Source: Candidatus Nanohaloarchaea archaeon (lineage in GTDB: Archaea; Nanohalarchaeota; Nanosalinia; Nanosalinales; Nanosalinaceae). Taken from it: a stretch of DNA of 20,616 nt. The position numbers were made by a program, and so were the translations under genes. Location of the stretch: positions 1 through 20,616 of the forward strand of contig JBEQAY010000019.1 of the NCBI GenBank assembly GCA_041640075.1. Reading direction: 5' to 3'. This document shows, one piece after another, positions 15,715-20,616 of the stretch. The first letter of the stretch is position 1. Every line of letters begins with the position of its first letter. A model generated the notes under the pieces. That model was not told the origin of the DNA and made no database searches. It worked only from the letters and a program-made list of their open reading frames with translations.

Positions 15715-17904
15715 ATGTCCGATAAAGAGCTTGACGCAATTAAACAGGTAATTAATCATCCTGACCAGATCAGGAACATTGCGATTGCCGCACACATCGA
15801 CCACGGAAAAACAACACTTACTGACAATCTTCTAGCCCGAGCAGGGATGATCTCGGAGAAACTTGCTGGAGATCAACGTTTCATGGACTTCGACGACCAG
15901 GAAGCAGAAAGAGGAATCACAATTTACTCTGCAAACATCTCGATGGTCCACGAGTACGAGGGAGACGACTATCTTGTCAATCTTATCGACACTCCAGGGC
16001 ACGTTGACTTCGGAGGAGACGTTACAAGAGCCATGCGAGCTGTCGACGGAGTGGTAGTACTTGTAGATGCTGTCGACGGAGTAATGCCTCAGACAGAAAC
16101 CGTCATGAAACAGGCGATGAACGAAGGAGTAAAACCGGTACTGTTCATCAACAAAGTAGACCGTTTAATTGAAGAGATGCAGTTGACACCTGAGGAGATG
16201 CAGGAAAGATTCACAGATATCATCAGGAAGGTCAACAACATCTTGAGAAAGTACGCAGATGAGGAAACAGCTGAAAGATGGTCGATGGCTGTAAACGATG
16301 GAACAGTCGCATTCGGTTCAGCACTGAAGAACTGGGCTATCTCAGCTCCGTACATGCAGAAAACCGGGATCACCTTCGGAGACATAATCGAAAGAGTAAA
16401 CGAGGGAGACCACGAAGGTCTCGCAAACGACGCACCGATTGAAGAAGTCGTACTTGACATGGTTGTCAAGCACCTTAACAACCCTCAGGAATCCGCACAG
16501 TACCGAATCCCGGCAATCTGGCCTGGAGACGCAGACTCAGAAGTCGGCCAGTCAATGGCACATCAGGACGCTGACGGACAGACAGTAGGAGTCGTAACCA
16601 ATGTTGAAGACGACGAACACGCAGGAACGATCGCAACCGCCAGACTGTTCTCCGGAACCATCGAGGAAGGAGACGAACTTTACGGAATCGAATCTCACAA
16701 GACTGAAAGAGCACAGCAGGTCGGGATCTACTCCGGACCAAGAAAGCTGACAGTTGACAGTGTCCCAGCAGGAAATATCGTGGCAATCACAGGACCTGAC
16801 TTCTCAACAGGAGAAACAATCATCGCAGACGAAGCAGAAGAAATCCAGCCGTTCGAACAGATCGAGCACGTATTCGAACCAGTTGTTACAAAGGCAATCG
16901 AACCAAAGAGAACATCAGACCTTCCAAAACTGATCGAAGAACTGCGTAAGCGCTCCAAAGAAGACAACACAATTCAGGTGGACATCGACGAAGAAACAGG
17001 AGAAACAACTGTTTCAGGACTCGGAGAACTACACATCGAGGCCAAGGTTGAGAGACATCTTGAAGAGGAAGGAATCGACATCGAGGTCTCCGAACCGATC
17101 GTTGTATTCAGAGAGGGAATCACCGAGGCTTCACCAGAGGTCACAGGAAAGTCTCCAAACCGTCACAACAAGCTTGAGATGAGCGTAGAACCTATCAGTG
17201 AACCTGTAAGAAAGTTCCTGAAGGAAGATTACGAAGAAGTCGAGAGAAACGCTGACGAGGACCATGAAGTCCGAGACGCACTCATCGAAGCCGGAATGGA
17301 CGATGAAGAAGCAGACAACATCATGGAAGTATACGAGGAGAACGTTTTCGTTAACGCATCCAGAGGAATCAAGAACCTGCGAGAAATCCAGGAATACCTG
17401 CTTGACGCATTCAAGGAGTTCTGCGACGAAGGACCACTTGCCGGCGAACCTGTAATCGGATTTATGGTCAAGCTTCACGACGCGAAGCTGCACGAGGACG
17501 CGATCCACAGAGGACCATCACAGATGATCCCGACAACAAAGGACGCGATGAGAAAAGGATTCCTCCAGGCAGGACCAGAACTCATCGAACCAAAACAGAA
17601 GCTAAGAATCGACACACCGACAGACACGATGGGAGACGCAATGACAGAAGTCTCCAACAGAAGAGGAGACGTCATCGACATGAGCGAGGAAGGAGACTCA
17701 TCGGTCATCAAATGCAAGCTCCCGGTAGAAGAACTGTTCGGCTTCGAAGCCGCACTCAAGTCCGCCACAAACGGACAGGGATTCTTCAGCCTGATCGACA
17801 TCATCTTCGAACCACTCCCAATGAACCTGCAGGAAGAGAAGATCCTGCAGATCCGGGAGAGGAAAGGCATGAAACAGGAAATGCCAAGTCTCGAAGAAGA
17901 ATAA
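15715..17904 (+). CDS. fusA: Translation elongation factor aEF-2
   Basis: AHIDHGKTT, RGITI, DTPGHVDF, NKVD, GLGELH, KSPNRHN, diphthamide loop HEDAIHRGP. Confidence 0.98.
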   Translation: MSDKELDAIKQVINHPDQIRNIAIAAHIDHGKTTLTDNLLARAGMISEKLAGDQRFMDFDDQEAERGITIYSANISMVHEYEGDDYLVNLIDTPGHVDFGGDVTRAMRAVDGVVVLVDAVDGVMPQTETVMKQAMNEGVKPVLFINKVDRLIEEMQLTPEEMQERFTDIIRKVNNILRKYADEETAERWSMAVNDGTVAFGSALKNWAISAPYMQKTGITFGDIIERVNEGDHEGLANDAPIEEVVLDMVVKHLNNPQESAQYRIPAIWPGDADSEVGQSMAHQDADGQTVGVVTNVEDDEHAGTIATARLFSGTIEEGDELYGIESHKTERAQQVGIYSGPRKLTVDSVPAGNIVAITGPDFSTGETIIADEAEEIQPFEQIEHVFEPVVTKAIEPKRTSDLPKLIEELRKRSKEDNTIQVDIDEETGETTVSGLGELHIEAKVERHLEEEGIDIEVSEPIVVFREGITEASPEVTGKSPNRHNKLEMSVEPISEPVRKFLKEDYEEVERNADEDHEVRDALIEAGMDDEEADNIMEVYEENVFVNASRGIKNLREIQEYLLDAFKEFCDEGPLAGEPVIGFMVKLHDAKLHEDAIHRGPSQMIPTTKDAMRKGFLQAGPELIEPKQKLRIDTPTDTMGDAMTEVSNRRGDVIDMSEEGDSSVIKCKLPVEELFGFEAALKSATNGQGFFSLIDIIFEPLPMNLQEEKILQIRERKGMKQEMPSLEEE

Positions 17905-17909
17905 AAAAC

Positions 17910-17954
17910 AGGGGTTTAACACCCTTTCAACATTTTCTTTCACTATTTCATTTC
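17910..17954 (+). terminator. Putative terminator after fusA
   Basis: AGGG(GTTTAACA)CCCT hairpin followed by TTCAACATTTTCTTTCACTATTTCATTTC. Confidence 0.5.
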
Positions 17955-18016
17955 ACAGCGGAACGCGGCTCCGCACACGTTAAAAAAATTCCCGCACCAC
18001 ACCAATTTACACACAC

Positions 18017-18091
18017 GGACCGGTAGCTTAGCCAGGTTAGAGCGCCACGCTGATAACGTGGAGATCCCCAGTTCAAATCTGGGCCGGTCCA
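18017..18091 (+). tRNA. tRNA-Ile (anticodon GAU), intronless, CCA not encoded
   Basis: Acceptor GGACCGG/CCGGTCC, D arm GCTT..GAGC, anticodon arm CCACG-CTGATAA-CGTGG, T arm CCCAG-TTCAAAT-CTGGG, discriminator A. Confidence 0.97.
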
Positions 18092-18100
18092 AATTTTCTA

Positions 18101-18448
18101 CTATTTGAGGAAGAGGTAAGTTTCCACGTCTGTAAATTCCTCATCTATTTGATCGGCTAGCTCACGTGCTTCATCGTGGAATTCTTCGTTGTACCCTGTT
18201 ACACAGTAGAAGGGATCTTTGATAGATTCTTCTCCAGGCATAGGGATTTCGGTTCTACCGGTATTGCCGTGTGTGGATATGAGGTATAAATCTGATTTGA
18301 GAGGATTCCATCCTCCTTGCTCTTGCCTTAGATTCACGTTCGTGTCGTTCCTAAGTTCCGTGTACAAGTTTTCGTTTTCATCTGCAATATCCTTCAATAT
18401 TTGATAGGAAAATTCTGTAAGATCTTGATAAGGCGTCTCTCGAACCAT
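18101..18448 (-). CDS. Hypothetical acidic protein (115 aa)
   Basis: ATG start, acidic composition, AT-rich promoter-like region upstream; converges on the tRNA. Confidence 0.7.
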   Translation of the reverse strand: MVRETPYQDLTEFSYQILKDIADENENLYTELRNDTNVNLRQEQGGWNPLKSDLYLISTHGNTGRTEIPMPGEESIKDPFYCVTGYNEEFHDEARELADQIDEEFTDVETYLFLK

Positions 18449-18515
18449 GATTACGTCTAAGTAACAATTAATTTAATCATGTTGGTGGACTTGGATAAGA
18501 GATTTTCTTAACGGA

Positions 18516-18707
18516 TTACTGCGTTTTGTCTGTATCGTCATAGGTCACTATTCCTTGCGTCTCTGGTATCAGGCTGTCGGCTTCGGACATCAATCCTACA
18601 GTGTCTCTGAGGCATCTTTGTTCTGGGTTCTGGTCTTCTATTTCCTCTTCTAGTTCAATTTTGAAGGAGATGCTGTGTGGTTTGTACTGGTTTTCGATAT
18701 CCCACAA
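18516..18707 (-). CDS. Small acidic hypothetical protein or gene remnant (63 aa, TTG start)
   Basis: Acidic composition; GGTGA 6 nt upstream of TTG; short acidic reading-frame fragments further upstream. Confidence 0.4.
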   Translation of the reverse strand: MWDIENQYKPHSISFKIELEEEIEDQNPEQRCLRDTVGLMSEADSLIPETQGIVTYDDTDKTQ

Positions 18708-18844
18708 GTTGTCTCACCATTTTGTTTATCTTTCTCAGGATCTCAACAGCACCTGGTTTACTTCTTGCTCTACTTCCTGGGTCTCCCAGATTTCGGATTT
18801 AATTTACCGAATAATTGTTAATTCTTGGTTTCTGTGATCGGGTT

Positions 18845-19366
18845 ATGGTGAGATCCCAGCATGAGGAAGAAGTCGATGAGTTATACGAAAATTTTGAGGA
18901 TGTTATAGGTTCTGAAGAGGTGCGCTGGGATGATGTCCGGCGTAACCAGCAGGTAGTGCTGGATGACGGTCGTTCCACGGATGCTGATGTTGTATTATTA
19001 AATGAAGATGATATGCAGGTTCTTTCAATTGAGGTAAAGACCTCCAGTGAAGCTGTAGGGAAAGCCGGTCGTCAAATGGACAAAGTTGAAGAGTTTTACG
19101 AAGACCAGGGCTACGATGTACGGACAAGATGTTATGTGGTGGAAAGAGATGATCATATGGAGCATGATGACTTTGTTGAAACTGTACGGAGGAATCTGGA
19201 GGAACCATTCAGTAAAAGGGATCTTGAGACAGTTATAGATTACAGTAGGTCCTGGGCGACTTTTGGTTGCCTCTACGGACAGGGAGTAGTGAAAGAGGAG
19301 GGACCGGATGCTTACGTACTCGATGAATCAGCTTACCAGGAGTTCTGGGGTTCAGCTGCAGATTGA
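18845..19366 (+). CDS. PD-(D/E)XK nuclease-superfamily-like protein (173 aa)
   Basis: TDADVVLL...VLSIEVKTS followed by helix KAGRQM resembles the D...ExK...Q core; ATG 18845 preferred over 18815. Confidence 0.6.
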   Translation: MVRSQHEEEVDELYENFEDVIGSEEVRWDDVRRNQQVVLDDGRSTDADVVLLNEDDMQVLSIEVKTSSEAVGKAGRQMDKVEEFYEDQGYDVRTRCYVVERDDHMEHDDFVETVRRNLEEPFSKRDLETVIDYSRSWATFGCLYGQGVVKEEGPDAYVLDESAYQEFWGSAAD

Positions 19367-19448
19367 AGTTTTCTACAGCAGGTGGACGTTCTAATTTTAG
19401 TCATGAATTCTCCAAAATTTTATTACAGAGTCTTTTTAGTTTTAATTT

Positions 19449-20015
19449 ATGGCAGATGATGAAGGTCACGGTAAGGAGCTTTCTGAGGAGTCTCAGTTGG
19501 ATGAGCAAATTTCGAGTATTGAGGAGACTTTTGGTGAGGTGATTCCTCGGCATAGAAAGGTTCTTCAGGAGGAAGAGGATGTTGTAAAGAAGCTGGAGGT
19601 TGCTCACAGGATTATCCATAATTCTGAGGCTGTTACAGAGAAGCTTACGCACTACGGTAAAGGCAGCGGTGATATGAATGATTTTATTGAGGACGGCTTC
19701 AAGAACTTGGTTGGTCTTCTGAGGGCTGTTGAACTGGAGATTCAGGATATCCGTGAAGAGTTACAGGAGGAGAACAGTGAGATCGCTAATCTTCAGCAGA
19801 TGGAGGATAAAGTTAGGGAGGAAGCTGATTTCATGCTGGATCAGCATGAAGCCATGTTTGGTGACAGATTAGGCGATGAAAGACACAGCGATATCGACCA
19901 ACTGGCAAACGAGTTCCAGAGAAAGGATGCGGAGGAAGTGAAGAACACTCTTGGTAAAAGATTGGATCATTACTGGAATGATCTTAACCTTGATGAGCTA
20001 GGAGTCTCCTACTGA
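19449..20015 (+). CDS. Hypothetical acidic helical/coiled-coil protein (188 aa)
   Basis: Long acidic ORF with heptad-like pattern. Confidence 0.8.
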   Translation: MADDEGHGKELSEESQLDEQISSIEETFGEVIPRHRKVLQEEEDVVKKLEVAHRIIHNSEAVTEKLTHYGKGSGDMNDFIEDGFKNLVGLLRAVELEIQDIREELQEENSEIANLQQMEDKVREEADFMLDQHEAMFGDRLGDERHSDIDQLANEFQRKDAEEVKNTLGKRLDHYWNDLNLDELGVSY

Positions 20016-20084
20016 TTAAAGACTTCCTAAGGTGATAGGTTCGAATATAGGGGTTAGAGATTCTCTGAATTTCTTCCTATTTTC

Positions 20085-20305
20085 TTATATTACAAGTGTT
20101 ACTCCTACCAGGATTATCGGTGCCCCTATGTTTTCCTGATAGGGTCTATTTCCCTGAAGGATTTGTCGCCGATAAGTACGGAGAATGTGGCAGATATCTG
20201 TTTGATTACTGTGGTTTCGGAAGCTGTAATGAATGAGTACGCTTAGATACTTTTCAGTGAGGAGAAAAGTGCGGCGGTCAAGCCGGGTAAAGTGCTCGGT
20301 TCCAT
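20085..20305 (-). pseudogene. Decayed C-terminal fragment of an EamA/DMT family transporter
   Basis: Manual translation: MEPSTLPGLTAALFSSLKSI* AYSFITASETTVIKQISATFSVLIGDKSFREIDPIRKT /frameshift/ IGAPIILVGVTLVI*; in-frame TAA 20245-20243, 1-nt frameshift near 20129. Confidence 0.7.
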
Positions 20306-20402
20306 GCAGAGCTAACCTCGGCGTGTCTATTTCAGGTTTTACACAGAGAAAAATTCCTTTGTTACAAAAAAGTAATAAAATTTTATTCTTGTTTTTCTCT
20401 AT

Positions 20403-20616
20403 ATGTCGGACTTGGAGATAGATCTTGATCCTGAATCCTACGACTCCATGCAGGAGTATGCTTCCGCGATCTTTGAATGTGATGATTTGGTGGATCCGTT
20501 GATCAACAGGCTTGCGAAAGGCTTGATGGCCGGTGTGCATGACAGTCCTTCAGAGGAGGTTTTCGATGAGCACACGACTGTCAGGTACGATGAAGATAAG
20601 GCTCTTCACTATGAGG
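20403..20616 (+). CDS. Hypothetical acidic protein (partial, runs off right edge; not in ORF track)
   Basis: ATG 20403 gives MSDLEIDLDPESYDSMQEYASAIFECDDLVDPLINRLAKG..., open to the edge; AT-rich promoter-like region upstream. Confidence 0.75.
   Translation, partial: MSDLEIDLDPESYDSMQEYASAIFECDDLVDPLINRLAKGLMAGVHDSPSEEVFDEHTTVRYDEDKALHYE

Noticed and set aside
4361..17943. Numerous Ser/Phe-rich antisense and alternate-frame ORFs within rpo, kinase, rps and fusA genes
   Set aside because: Shadow frames produced by GAA/GAC-rich acidic coding; no motifs or initiation signals.
18845..20015. T/G-ending codon preference differing from the A/C-ending rpo/fusA genes, as evidence of horizontal transfer
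   Set aside because: A similar preference appears in 2482-3726 and can be explained by expression level and strand bias; not diagnostic without genome-wide statistics.
20035..20051. GGTTCGAAT T-loop-like word as a possible tRNA fragment or attR site
   Set aside because: Flanks are direct (ATAGG/ATAGG), not complementary, and do not match the tRNA-Ile T arm.
20114..20335. Several apparent hairpins (TTATCGG/CCGATAA, CCCTAT/ATAGGG, ACTTTTC/GAAAAGT, GCCG..CGGC) suggesting a structured ncRNA, riboswitch or RNase P RNA
   Set aside because: No hammerhead, SRP or RNase P consensus is matched, and the region is better explained as an EamA pseudogene on the minus strand.
20085..20540. 151-aa minus-strand ORF in the track
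   Set aside because: Basic, non-halophilic composition and overlap with the acidic plus-strand gene at 20403; only its last ~14 codons belong to the pseudogene.
1..20616. CRISPR arrays, IS elements, integrases
   Set aside because: No regularly spaced repeats, terminal inverted repeats, transposase or recombinase motifs were seen.

Overview
Core-genome segment of an extremely halophilic archaeon. The strongly acidic proteins, moderate GC, split RpoB''/B' and RpoA'/A'' and compact genes fit best with Nanohaloarchaeota (DPANN); this assignment is an inference. Left to right: a truncated AsnB-like amidotransferase, a small acidic protein, nucS, an orphan, radC, and the rpoH-rpoB''-rpoB'-rpoA'-rpoA''-nusA cluster. 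Next come an inserted ABC1/UbiB-type kinase and a coiled-coil gene, then rps12-rps7, a Zn-ribbon membrane protein, fusA (aEF-2) and tRNA-Ile(GAU). The right end is a variable region of orphans, a PD-(D/E)XK nuclease-like gene and a decayed EamA/DMT transporter pseudogene not resolved by the ORF track. The strongest signal is in the RNA polymerase. Normally near-invariant residues of the bridge helix, trigger loop, link region and fork/D-loop are replaced, often by charge changes, and two of the three clamp zinc sites have lost their cysteines. A C-rich non-canonical element also precedes the TATA box of the four transcription/translation promoters. No CRISPR array, integrase or transposase was seen.
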